Shown: positions 27,157-40,200 of the stretch, in pieces
Layout: every line of letters starts with the position of its first letter
Position numbering within the stretch: position 1 is the stretch's first letter
Origin: Paragordius varius
Taxonomy: Eukaryota > Animalia > Nematomorpha
Direction: 5' to 3'
DNA: 64,000 bases
Assembly: GCA_964247055.1 (NCBI GenBank)
Contig: OZ176050.1
Location: 14,632,001 to 14,696,000, forward strand
Translations under genes and position numbers: made by a program
The notes under the pieces: model-generated
The model's database searches: none
Seen by the model: the letters and a program-made list of their open reading frames with translations, nothing else
What the model was told of the DNA's origin: nothing

Positions 27157-30100
27157 TTCTAGATAATTTTTTTTATTTCTAAAAAACAGACAATAAAATT
27201 CTCAAAATAAGTCAATTTTCTCTAATCCTAAAAATTTTCAAATAGGTTAATTTTTTCAAATAAAAAAGCGCTAAAGCTCTCTAAAAACTGCTAAAATTGT
27301 CTGAAAATGTCTGAAAATGTCTTTTTTTAAATTTAAGATAGGTGGTTAATTCTATGATAATGGTTTTTTAATTCTTAACACCCCTAAAAATCTTTAAAGT
27401 TTTTTAAACGCTACAAACAAATTACTAAAATACTAAAATTTTAATGAAATTCTGCATAAAAGCTATTTTTTAAACTTAATATAATATCTCCAAAAACCTT
27501 GAAAATTAAAAGCGTTGAAATTATCTAAAATCGTATTTTTAAATATAAACCACTAGAATTTACTAAAAGCCGCTAAATTTTATTAAAAAACCGCTGATAT
27601 ATATGCGAAAAAAAATTCATTTTTTAATTTTAAGACAGATAAATTATAATCCTAATTTTTAACCAATAATCTTAATTAACAATAAAATCTTTTCAAAAAA
27701 CGCTAAATTCTTTTAAAAAACTCCTAAATCATTTATAGAACCGACAAAAATTAAAAGTTTTTTTTAAAATAGGTAATTAATAAAGGCCTTAAATTATATT
27801 CCTAAATATCAAATAACCGCTATTTAAAAAACTACTAACCTTTATTCTATTAAAAACTATTTTGAAACTGCAAGAATTTTTTTGTAACCACAAAAACTCT
27901 TTTAATACTGCAAAAATTCTTTTAAAACTCTTAAAATTCTTTTAAAACTCCTAAAATTCTGTTAAAACTCCTAAAATTCTGTAAAACTCCTAAAATTCTT
28001 TTAAAACTCTTAAAAATCTTTTAAAACTCCTAAAATTCTGTTAAAACTCCTAAAATTCTGTTAAAACTCCTAAAATTCTGTTAAAACTTTCTTAAAATCG
28101 CTAAAAATCTCTTAAAACTGCTAAAAAGTTTTTAAATCCTAAAATTCTTTTGAAACTCTTAAAAATCTTTTAAAACTCCTAAAATCCTGTTAAAACTCCT
28201 AAAATTCTTTTAAAAAACTGCTAAAACTCTTGTAAAACCTCCAAAACTCTTTTAAAACCTCCAAAACTCTTTTAAACCTGCTAAAATTCTTTTAAAACTC
28301 TTAAAACTGCTAAAATTCTTTTAAAACTGCTAAAATTCTTTTAAAACTGCTAAAATTTTCTTAAAACTGCTAAAACTTTCTTAAAACTGCTAAAAATCTC
28401 TTAAAACTGCTAAAAAGTTTTTAAATCCTAAAATTCTTTTAAAACTCTTAAAATTCTTTTAAAACTCCTAAAATTCTGTTAAAACTCCTAAAATTCTTTT
28501 AAAACTCTTAAAATTCTTTTAAAACTCCTAAAATTCTGTTAAAACTGCTAAAATTGTTTTAAAACTGCTAAAATTTTCTTAAAACTGCTAAAAATCTCTT
28601 AAAACTGCTAAAAAGTTTTTAAATCCTAAAATTCTTTTAAAACTCCTAAAATTCTTTTAAAACTCCTAAAATTCTTTTAAAACTCCTAAAATTCTGTTAA
28701 AACTCCTAAAATTCTGTTAAAACTCCTAAAATTCTGTTAAAACTTTCTTAAAATCGCTAAAAATCTCTTAAAACTGCTAAAAAGTTTTTAAATCCTAAAA
28801 TTCTTTTGAAACTCTTAAAAATCTTTTAAAACTCCTAAAATCCTGTTAAAACTCCTAAAATTCTTTTAAAAAACTGCTAAAACTCTTGTAAAACCTCCAA
28901 AACTCTTTTAAAACCTCCAAAACTCTTTTAAAACCTCCAAAACTCTTTTAAACCCGCTAAAACTCTTTTAAACCCGCTAAACTTTTAAAACTCCTAATTT
29001 TTTTAAAACCGCTAAAACTCTTGTAAAACCGAAAAACTGTTTAAAAATTTTTTTTAAACAGCTAACTCTTTTTAAACCGCTAATTTTTTTAAAACCGCAA
29101 AACTATTTTAAAAAATCGCTTAAAACTGCTAAAAATTTTGTGAAACCGCCAAAACTAATTGAAAATCGTTAAAACTCTTTTAAAACCGCTAAAATCTTTT
29201 AAAAACCGCAAAACTATTATATAAAATCGCTTCTGCCAAAACCTCTTTAAACCGCAAAAACTCTTTTAAAACTACTAAAATACTTGTAAAACTCTTAAAA
29301 TTCTTTTAAAACTCCTAAAATTCTTTTAAAACTCTTAAAACTGCTAAAATTCTTTTAAAACTGCTAAAATTTTCTTAAAACTGCTAAAATTTTTTTAAAA
29401 CTGCTAAAATTTTCTTAAAACTGCTAAAAATCTCTTAAAACTGCTAAAAAGTTTTTAAATCCTAAAATTCTTTTAAAACTCTTAAAAAACTTTTAAAACT
29501 CCTAAAAATCTTTTAAAACTCCTAAAATTCTTTTAAAACTCTTAAAATTCTTTTAAAACTCTTAAAACTGCTAAAATTTTCTTAAAACCGCTAAAAATCT
29601 TTTAAAACCGCTAAAAACCCTTCGAAAACCGCTAAAAATCCTTTAAAACCCGCATTTTTCTTTCAAAAACCGCAAAAATACTATGCTAAAAACTCTTTTA
29701 AAACCGCTAAAATTCTTTTAAAACTGCTAAAATTCTTTTAAAACCGCTAAAACTCTTAAAACCGCTAAAAATCTTTCAAAAACCGCAAAAATACTCTGCT
29801 AAAAACGCCTTTAAAACCGTTAAAATTCTTTTGGAACCAGCAAAAACTATTTTGAAACTGCTAATTCTTGTAAAACTGCTAAAATTAAACCGCTAAACCT
29901 CTTTTAAAACCGCTCAAAATTGAAAAATTCTCACTTAATGCTTTTTAATTTACATTATTTATAAATGCTGTTTTTTTAACATTTTATTTTAAGAGATTTT
30001 TTAATTTAGAATGTTTGATTGCCTCAGTCATTTGCGCAAAAACCGAGGAAGAAAATTGAATATTTCGGAATTGGTAATTAATATTTTATTTTATTAATCA

Positions 30101-33100
30101 GTGTTAAGTAAAATCTAAGTGTCTTATATTAATGTTGTTTTGCTATTTTTTATCAATCAGTTATTTTTCAGTTGTTTTATAAATTAATTTTTTCTTAGTT
30201 TTTTATTAACAGTTGTATTTTTCAGACAGTTACTTTATGATCAGTTGTTTTTATAATCAGTTTATTAGTTATTGTAGTTAATCATTTTTTATTCATCAGT
30301 TGTTTTCAATCTTTATTAAATCAGTTGTTTTTATTAATAAGTTTTTATATATCAAATGTTATAATTTTACAGTTTTTTTTAACCAGATGTTTTTATTAAT
30401 CATTTCCAACCAGCTGTTTTTATAAATCATTTTATTTTATTCATCTTTGTCAAATCAGTTGTTTTTATTAATAATTTGTTTTTATTAAAAATTTGTTTTT
30501 ATTAAAAATTTGTTTTTATTAATAATTTGTTTTTATTAATCACTTGTTTTAATTAAGCAGCTGTATTTGTTTTTTATAATCGCTTGTTTTTAATAATCAG
30601 TTAAATAATCCCTTGTTTTAAGTAACCAGTTGTTTTAAATAATCAGTTGTTTAAATAATGTTTTTATTAATCAGTTGTTTCACATAATTAACTGTTTTGA
30701 GTTGTTTTTGTCCATCAGTTGTATAATTTATCAGTTGTTTAATTTATAAGTTGTTTTAATTAATCAGTTGTTTTAATTAATCAGTTGTTATTGTTATTAA
30801 CCTATTTTAATTGGTCAGTTGTTTTAATTGGTCAGTTGTTTTAATTGGTCAGTTGTTTTAATTGGTCAGTTGTTTTAATTAATCAGTTGTTTTACAATAA
30901 TTTGTTGTTTATAATCAGCTGTTTTTATGAATCATTTGTTTTATAAATTATTTGTTTTTATAATCAGATGTTTTTAATAATCAGTTGTTTTTATTAGTTT
31001 TTAATAATCTTATTAAAATATGTTGTTTTTATTCAGCTGTGTTCATAAATCATTTGTTTTTATAATCAGTCGTTAATAATCAGTTAAATATCAGCTGTTT
31101 TTATTAAAAAAATTTGTTCACCCTTTCAAATCAGCTGTTTTATTAATCATTCGTTTTTTCCATCTTTTCCAATCAGCTGTCTTTTCCAATTATTTGTTTT
31201 TATTGATCATTTGTTATTTAATCATTGTTTTATTAATTTATATACACTTGTAATTAATAATCATTTGAGCAGCTGTTTATTAAAGTAGCTGTTTGAATCA
31301 GTTTTTATTAATTATTATTACTAATCGGTTGTTTTGAATTATTAGTTGTTAATTTTTTTTATAATAATCAGTTTATTAATTAATTGCTTTTATTAATTAT
31401 TTTGTTTTGATAAATTAATTATTTTTTAATCACTTCTTTTATTATTACTTATATACTGTTGTTTTTATAAATTATTTGTTAAATCAGCTGTTTTAAGTTG
31501 GTTTTCTTAATCAGTTGTTTAACTTTTTTTATATTAATCAGTATATTAATCAGCTGTTTATTAATAATCTGTGTTATAATTTATATACAGTCATTTTTTA
31601 TATTCATTTGATAAATCAGCTGTTTTTAATACCACTGTTTTATAAGTTATAAACTTATGATTGATAAATATTGTATTGAAAATGTATATGGTTTGAAACA
31701 TATAGTTTCTTAATACATTTAAATTAAGCAATTTAATATATCATTAGATTTAATCAAAAAACAGGTGATTATTTATAAATGGTTTCACAAAAATTGAACG
31801 CAAAATGTTAAAAAATTGTTGTTTTTATTAATTATAGTAAATTTGTAAAGGCAATTAATTGATTGGTCTTTTAAGAGTTGATTGAATGTTTAATGAGAGA
31901 ATTTGTATATTTTTATTGGCGTTTTCAGAAAACTACCTTATTTATCAATATGATGTAACAAAACTCAAACTTATCAAATATATTTATTCCATAATTTTTA
32001 GAACATTTGCCTTAATTTGCCCAAAACTGAAACGAATCGTAAAGAAGATAATTACTTTGAATTAATCCAAATATGGTAATTATTTTTACTATTTTAAAAC
32101 AATTATTTTCTTAATGTTTTGTAGTTAGATGTTTTTAATTTTTTTTACATAGAGTGGATTTTATGAAAGAATTAAATATATATATAGAAACCGCAAAAGT
32201 CAGCTGATATTTATAGATTACTGTTTTACTTTATGTTTAACACTAATTAAAATAAATCGTATACTTTTTTTGAAAAAATTCATTGTTTTTTAAAAAACTG
32301 CCCATTAAATTATGAATTAAACCGCCAGCTTTCTCTTTAAATCAGCTGATAATACAAGGCCCGTTATTTGACACAAACAAAGAATAAAAACGTTTAAAAT
32401 ATATATTTTATATTAACCAACGTTTTCACTATAATATACATTTTTATAATATCCGATTTGTAATATTTCTTTCTGAAATTTACGATTATTTTTAGATATA
32501 AAAGATTTTGTAAATATATATTCTTGTTTTAAGTTTTAGTTTTATAATTTTTTCCATATTCTTTTTAGAATGAGTTGGGCTTAACCACTCTATGTGTCAA
32601 CTAAATCTGAAATATTTGGCTTAGATTTATCTGGAACAAATGGTATAAATTTCTTAATTATATAACCGCTTATTTTATTAAACTATAATAAATTTTGACT
32701 CACCTTATTACAAATAATACAAGGTGTTTATGAAAACGCCTTAAACAACAACTTGGGTTTTATTTAGGACCTCAAAAACTAAATTTTTTACGATTACTAT
32801 TCTAATTTTTATTCAACGATTGATTAACAAAACCCCAAATATTTTTATGAAATTTGTTTTTTACATATACCAATTATGATTGCGATATATTCTTTAAATT
32901 TTTTTCATATAGTTGTGTATTTATTTTATTACTTTAATATTTTCTTTTTCGTAACATGAGGTTTGAATTGCCTTATTATCTAACACTATAAATAATTTGT
33001 TATAGGTTAGCACTAATGAAAATTAAGTATTTTTGGTGTCGTTACGAACTTTCAAACAAATAATTATTCAATAATCATTTATTAATATGAAACTACCTGA

Positions 33101-35248
33101 TTCTAATGTAATAATTGACTTTTGTTTACAAATTAAAACAGTTAAATATTTTGTTTTTTCATTTTAGTTAAAGAACACCCCCTATTTTCTTTAAAAATTC
33201 GTCACCTGTGGTTAAAAGATATTGTACTTTCAATTTTTCGATTTTGATTCCCATAAATCCCTATCATAGATCGGGTTACTAGAAATAATCATTTTAGCAG
33301 TATAAGGTTAAATAACTTTTAGAGCTTTCGAGTTTGTGGGCTAGGGTTAGGGTGAGGGATCGGAGTTGGTTCACTTTCTTAAAGAACTCCGCATGACTTC
33401 CTTGGGCTGCGAAGCAGGCCGAAACCCATGCACTTTAATTTTATCCTTAAATTCTTTGTCTCTGAATTTTTTAGATTCTAATTTACTTAAGGAAGGATAT
33501 TCTTTTAATTTTCGTAATTCTGTTTTTTAGTTTAATTTTACACTATTTTAGCAAAAGAGTTAACATTATCTGAATTTTGTCTTTAATTCGTAAAGTACAT
33601 ATAATATTTTAACATTTGTATGCTTAATTTAATATTTTTTAGTGGTTTTAATTACAAAGATATATTGTTTTTTGGATAAAATTTTTCAGATAATTTTGAT
33701 GATTGAAAGTTTTTTTCATAAATATCTTTGTGTGATTTTTTATTTGATTTGCTTTAAAATTTAGTAGTTCTCGATCTTGAAAAATCTTAAAATTTTTCTA
33801 ATAGCAAAGTTTCATTGACTATCTGTAAAAATATTATATCTGTTTGACAAATTTTTCATGTTTAAAAACGGAACAATATTTTCCTTATTTATGTATATTT
33901 GCTTTTTAATGGTTAAGATTTGGTAGTATTAGCAATACATTTACAGTGTAAGGTTAAATAACTTTAAGGGCTTCGAGTTTGTGGGCTAGGGTTAGGGATT
34001 GGAGTTGGTTCATTATCTTAAAGAAGTCCGCGCATTTCGATTTATTCATAAAACCTTTGTCTCTGATTTTTTGAATTTCCTTATCGTTAACAATTGATTT
34101 TGAATTAAGGACATGGCATTTCAGGCATCGTTAATTTAAAAAACATGAATGTTTAATATAAAATCAATCCTGTGAATAAATTCCTAATTTGGTTGTAACC
34201 CCTATTTTAATTGATTGTAAATATTCGCTTTCCCGAAATAAGGCTTATTTTAATACAGTTTTTTATATATTTATTTGCGATTGAAAAGTTTTGGTGTTTG
34301 TGGTTTAGGTTAGGGACATTTTTTTCGGAAAGTAACTTCAAGACGTGCCTAAAATTGTAAATATAGAACTGTATATTTCGCTACAAAATCGTCCATATCT
34401 AAAAGAATATTTTAATGTAAAAATTCATTTTTTAGTATTTCTTTGATCCTGTGTATTTGTATGCTCGATTTAACAACCGTTTTTAGATAATTGATATCAG
34501 GCTTTCTGTAAATAAATAATATTCAAGTGAAAAAAAATATTTTTATTTCATTTCAAATTAAATGCCCACTGTTATTTATTTGATATATTTTGTTATTTTT
34601 TCTCTGTTCCATCCGACAAATTATCTTTTATGAACTTTTGTTTGATATTTGAAAACGGTTAAATATAAAAACTTTGGCAAATATATGTTATCTAATTAAA
34701 AAAATATCTATAAAATTGCTTTTAAATGGTTTAATTGCAAGTTTATTTAGTGAACTGGTGCCTCGATTAAGCCTAAGACTCGATTTTTTTAAATTTTTAT
34801 ATTATATTGTAAATTTAAGGTTTTAACTATGCAACTTAATAATTTTTTTAAAACAGCAAAAAACTGTAGATTTCTTAATCGCTGTTCCCCACAAAATGCA
34901 AAACTTATTACAAAAAGTCTTTTGTCTTTTTAATTTAAATCTATTAATATTTTATAGATTCTTTAAATACTGCCAAATTGCAATCAAAACATTAGCTCAA
35001 AAACGATATTGAAATTAACAAACTAATCAAGAGTGAAAGATGAATGACGAAACATAGACATAACAGCAAAATGATAACCAGACAACAATGAATATCAAAG
35101 AAAATGAATATTTTATATAATAACTTCAATAAATATAATGTTGCATTTATTATGATTTTTTTATTGAAAAAAAAATTAAAAAATATCATAAAATATATAT
35201 AACACCCCCCCCCCCCCCAAAGGGTAAAAAAAAAAAATTAAAAAATAT

Positions 35249-35316
35249 TCTAAGTCCAAAATTTTATTTTGAGCGTCCGGGAGTAAGAGTGCTCAAAATA
35301 AAATATTGGACTTAGA
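35249..35316. other. Long inverted repeat/hairpin (26-bp arms, 1 mismatch, 16-nt loop)
   Basis: TCTAAGTCCAAAATTTTATTTTGAGC (35249-35274) pairs with GCTCAAAATAAAATATTGGACTTAGA (35291-35316). Confidence 0.9.
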
Positions 35317-35950
35317 GGCCAAACTCACTCTCTAATGGGAGAAATAAATCCTCCTTCACACGATTGGAGAAAACAACTCTTGCAAAATAATAAGAGTTGA
35401 TTTTCCCCAAAGGAGGAAATGTTCTCCCACTAGAGAGAGTCATTTGGCCCAAAAACTCTCCACAAGTATAATGAGAGTTTGTTGTGCATTCGAGCCGGCC
35501 ATCAATCAGCTCCAGGCACGATTTCCAATCTCTCCATGTCTCAGGTATCGTAGAGAGGTTCCCAAGAGTTTCGGCCCATTGATACCACCATCCCAATGAG
35601 CCAAGGTCCATCCAAATCTAAAAATTAGGATTACCTCGAAATAGGCTCCTTTTCCTGTGTGGCTCTCCCATCAATCGGCCAATCCCAAATCCCGCACATT
35701 TGATCTGCCCAGGGCTTCTGGAATCCGTGATGTACGCCTTCCCATGCATCGCAATACACCTAAATAATACATTTACCTCGTAAAAGCAGCTTTCTTTCGG
35801 TTCGCTCCTTCATTCACGTACGAATCCTTGGTTGAGAGTCTTGATTCACGTTTTTATCCCTGGTTGCCATTCGAGAAGAAGGCCTAAAGCCTTCAAAATT
35901 TCTCTTTCACCACCAGCCTTTCATATAAATTTTTTTCTGATTGCAATCAT
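35312..35950 (-). other. GC-rich coding-like island of unknown origin with two 17-nt GT-AG segments; possible degenerate or recoded mobile-element/viral fragment
   Basis: About 45-50% GC against a far more AT-rich background. It contains the 99-aa ORF 35312-35611. AT-rich segments GTAATCCTAATTTTTAG (35618-35634) and GTAAATGTATTATTTAG (35760-35776) have AG|GTAA donors and TTTAG acceptors. The product is not recognised; there is only a weak by-eye resemblance of one frame to DIRS/Ngaro-type RNase H. Confidence 0.45.
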
Positions 35951-37231
35951 AGGTGCTTAGATAACCCAATACATTAATACATGTACTCTTGATTTCCAAA
36001 TTGCGAATTACAGAATCTACGAATTTTATGGACACCTAGGCGTAATCTTAGTTTTCCGCTTTAATTAATTTCGATTTTATTTGCCAGGTCAATTCCTCAT
36101 TATATGCTCTCTTTATCTATTTAATCAGCGGAATTGGTAAATTAGTCTAATATAATTTCATGGGTTACTTTATAAATTACGTATCATCTCCATAAATATA
36201 ATATATTAAATTTTTCACATGAAACGCACAAGTTCATTTATTCCATATATCACTCGTATGACCAATTCAAAAAATTCTACCTCGATAATTAATGTCTTAA
36301 TTGGATTTGGATTAATATATATAGTTATTCTATATTACGCAGGATGGAAATTTTAATTGAGAATGATAATTTAAAAGAAGATTTATAGTTGCATAGCAGT
36401 TCTTTTATGTTGCTTTTTTAGCATAACATATAAAATGGAAATTAACACAATATTTTTATATTACATTATCCATTGATATTTTCATCACAAATCGACAAAT
36501 AACTACGTTTCAAATGCATGTTATTTTTTTGCTATATTTATTTTTACCCCATTTTATTAATCAAACTAAGCTGAAGTTCATAAAGTTATTCACACTATTG
36601 ATCCGCATCGCATGTGATGTTAAAGTAAGACATTTCTTTATTAAATTTACATATCTAACACAAAAGATCACATTTGTTTATATTTCAGCTTTCACATAAT
36701 AGCCATATGGATATTATATGTAAACTTAATTTCCAAAATCGATTTAAAAATAGAAAATTAAAATATTATAAAGAGGCTTCCTCTTTTATAAGTCCAATTA
36801 TATTTAAATTAATATTTTACATAATCAATCAATACTGTATAGATTAGGGATTCAAAAAATTTAATATTATTTAAATTGGGCCTTCATTTTTTTTTCATAT
36901 TTTTCGAAAAATCGAATTAAAGAAACAAAATAGGATTACCTCTAAAATATTTATGAATCTTGAAATATAGTAAATGGGAAATCGATAATGTTTTCATCTT
37001 AAGGAAGTTATGTTAGCCCGAAAACACATAATTTATTTTTAGGGTAAATTTGAATTGTTCAAGGGTGAATTTGAATTGTTTGAGGGGGAATTTAAATTAA
37101 GGGTGTATTCAAATAGTTCAAGAGTGCGTTTGAATTGTAAATGGTATAGATTTCTAGAAAATATTTAAAAAATGCATGCCCAATATCTTTATAGATTGAG
37201 CTTAAATATAAATTATCAAGGGGTAAGATAG

Positions 37232-40200
37232 GAAAAAATATTTGTGATTAAATGTTGCAAACTATGTGTTGCCCAAAGAAAAAGTTTTTTTGCAAGGAAT
37301 TTGACAAGGGTCAGCATTCTAACTATTATTGATTATCAGTCCATAGGAATATTTCAAGTATGATGATCATTATGTAGCATCTCACTCAAACAAAAGGTGA
37401 TAAAAACAAGGTACAGTGTTTAGAGATTGAATCGATATTCAGAAATATAAATTATCACGGTGTAACGTCTAGGAACCTCAATGTATAAATAGAATAAGTG
37501 TAAAATAGTTAAAACATTTTCATGTATTTTTGAAACAATTAAAATATATATGTAATATAATCAATAATATTCAGAGAAAACTTCAGTGTACCGTTTAATT
37601 TTTAAATGTAAAATGGCAGAGTTTATAGCTAAGATCCATAAAATTAACCTGAAAAATAATAAACTAAGCCATATCGATACAATCAAAATGGTAATTATAC
37701 GGACAAAATGTAAAAATACAAAGACAAATATTTTTTTCAAGAAATCCACACTTTTTAAACCTTAATATTTTTATATAAATTATATAATTCCAATTCTAAA
37801 ATATATAATTGTTTGCTTTACCACTAGTCATATCGATTTCATACTTTGCAGTTTGAAACAATGCTTATATTTAAAAATAATCAAGATCTAAAAAGTATGG
37901 TTGTCTTTTAAAAAAAATATTTGTCTTTGTATTTTTATGTTTTGTCCGTATAATTTCAGTTTTTATTGTATATTTCATATTAATGAGTTATATTACCTCG
38001 AAAACACACACAATTTATTTTTAGGGTGAATTTGAATTGTTCAAGGGTATATGATTTTTAAATTGTATAAATAGTTATAAAGTTACGAAAGTCTATTTTG
38101 GAATAAAACGGTTCAACTTACAAAAAAGTTCATTAATTAAAAATAAATATTTATTTTTAGATGGCTTGAAAGTGATGTTTTTAGGAAAATCTATCGCGGA
38201 AATCAAGATACAGGTATGCTTTATATATGAAATACATAACAAAAGCACTCTCTACAACGATTTACAAAATATTTAACCAAAAAAATTGTTAAAGCGCAAT
38301 CATGTATTAGTTTGGACATTTTTATTTGGTTTTAATCTAAAACAACTTTTTTAAATGCTTACAATATAGTCATCCCCATCAGTTTTTTGGACAAAGATTA
38401 TTATGATAAAGCAAGTCCCAGGTAGGTAACTTAAAAATTATAACAAATGGGCACAAATGTGTCCACATTTATTATTTGTAAAACTACTTTTTATTTTAGA
38501 TTCATAAATATGGCGGGTATTGGCATCGAAATTTTGAAGGAATGGACCTTTATTGAACAATGTATGTAATATATATAATTGTGATAAATATTTAAATTGA
38601 TCGATTTGTATATAAATGGAATCACTTCTTACAAATCATATATTTTTTAGCTTGTTCTACCGAGGTAATTAATTTTATATGGTATTTCTTTTTCATCACA
38701 TTATTTAGATCCGTATACTGCGACAAGACCGCAATTTCCAAGCTTTTAAGTTGGCGGTGATGGTATGTAGCTAGCTATATTTTTTAAATTTACAATTAGT
38801 ATTAATATTTAATATATCTAATATAATACCTATAAAAATATCTTTTTAATGACATTATTTATTTAATTCAGAAACTGGCTGATATTGTTTTTACGAGAGT
38901 ATTGTCACAATACTAGTATATGATATACCCTCAAATGCCAATAATTTCACGTTTTAAAAAAAGAAGTGAACACTATTTAACAACATCCTAAAGTAGCCCG
39001 GTCATTTGCTGTATTAAGTGCAAAAATTTAAGAAAGATAGAACATATTAGTTTAGAGTAATAAATTGTAATTATCGCGATGGCGATATTTACATGATGGA
39101 AATAAGCGGCGCAAAACTACTGAATCTACTTTTTTAATTATATTAATTAGTTTTCTTGATTTTTTGCAAAAAAAACATTTTCTAGTTCTGTCTATCTATT
39201 TCTAGATATTTGAACGAAAACGAGAGGGGAAGTTGATAACTAAAATATCATTAAAGCCCCAGCTATGTTTAGGACCAAGCCTTCTGCACCAATTTTATAT
39301 TAAATAATTCGCTCTCACCCATTTTTCACTATTTGACTGAATTAAGCTATTTTTAGATGCTATAAAGATAAAAAGTGATGTTGTATCTTAGAAATAATAT
39401 AAATAAGTTAATATGCATCATAATGGCAATATTCAATAGAACTCCACCTGTATTCTTTTTTTAAAGTTCTCTGTTGACACAATAAGTTATGGCAAGCGTA
39501 ATTGGATTATTTGTTCTCAACTTAATTTAATCAATTTAATCTGGGTTGACCGACCCTATTTGTTCAATTGACGGTCTTACACCCTATAAACGAATGTAAA
39601 GAAGGTTATTCCATGCCGCATTTTCAATCTAGTATCTGAATGTTCACAAATACCTCATTTTCTTTTAAATCAGGAAAAATTATATAGGCGGTTTTAACTA
39701 TTGCATGCAAAAGGTGACCTTAAAAGTATTGTTGGTCTTTAGCAAAATAAAACATCTCTATCAAATTAGAAATATGTAAATTATCAATGTCCTTATTATG
39801 CAGAAATTGTCGATAAAACCACTCTTGAAATATATTTTAAAAGTTAAATTAAAGCAGTGGTAGGCAACGAAAATTTTAAAGGGCCAAAAAAAATTTTTTG
39901 TTCCAGGACTTGGGACCATACAATATCTATAATAATTTCATAGCTTTTTGATACATTTGCAACAATATATACTTCAAAATGGATTAAAGTTTATTCAAAA
40001 ATTCAGGGGCATAAAAAACATATATGTGCCGCATTCTATCCATTGGACACCGGGTTTTTGAGTATCAATGATTTAGACGACAAAGAGAAAGAAAGTTGTT
40101 TAAAGGATATGCAGCGTTTTTTGCCAGTTATTGAATGTGACACATAGATGAAATATTTTCAAAATTAGTATTATAGAATAATTTTTTAAATCAATAATGA

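Larger units (their letters stand above)
1721..35156. repeat. Macrosatellite: four tandem ~8.0-8.6 kb modular units
   Basis: The unit start TTCTAGATAATTTTTT recurs at 1721, 10558, 18882 and 27157. The internal landmark GCAAAAACCGAGGAAGAAAATTGAATATTTCGG recurs at 5231, 13500, 21792 and 30036 (spacings 8269, 8292, 8244). The unit end TTGCATTTATTATGAT falls at ~10331, 18655, 26930 and 35156. Copies 2, 3 and most of 4 are near-identical; copy 1 is diverged and has an internal ~1.2-kb duplication (landmark AATCGCTTCTGCCAAAACC at ~3285 and ~4478). Confidence 0.97.

Noticed and set aside
33395-33430. Possible hammerhead (CTGCGA..GCCGAAAC)
   Set aside because: It lacks the CUGANGA core and a closable stem III/UH site; kept only as a DNA mini-hairpin observation.
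34992-35189. 65-aa hydrophobic ORF at the end of unit 4
   Set aside because: It has low-complexity AT-driven composition and its start depends on flank sequence; the homologous frame in units 1-3 has no ATG before an upstream stop.
36220-36357. Short ORF MKRTSSF..LYYAGWKF* resembling a type II membrane anchor
   Set aside because: It ends at TAA, and I found no splice join that continues it into the downstream exons.
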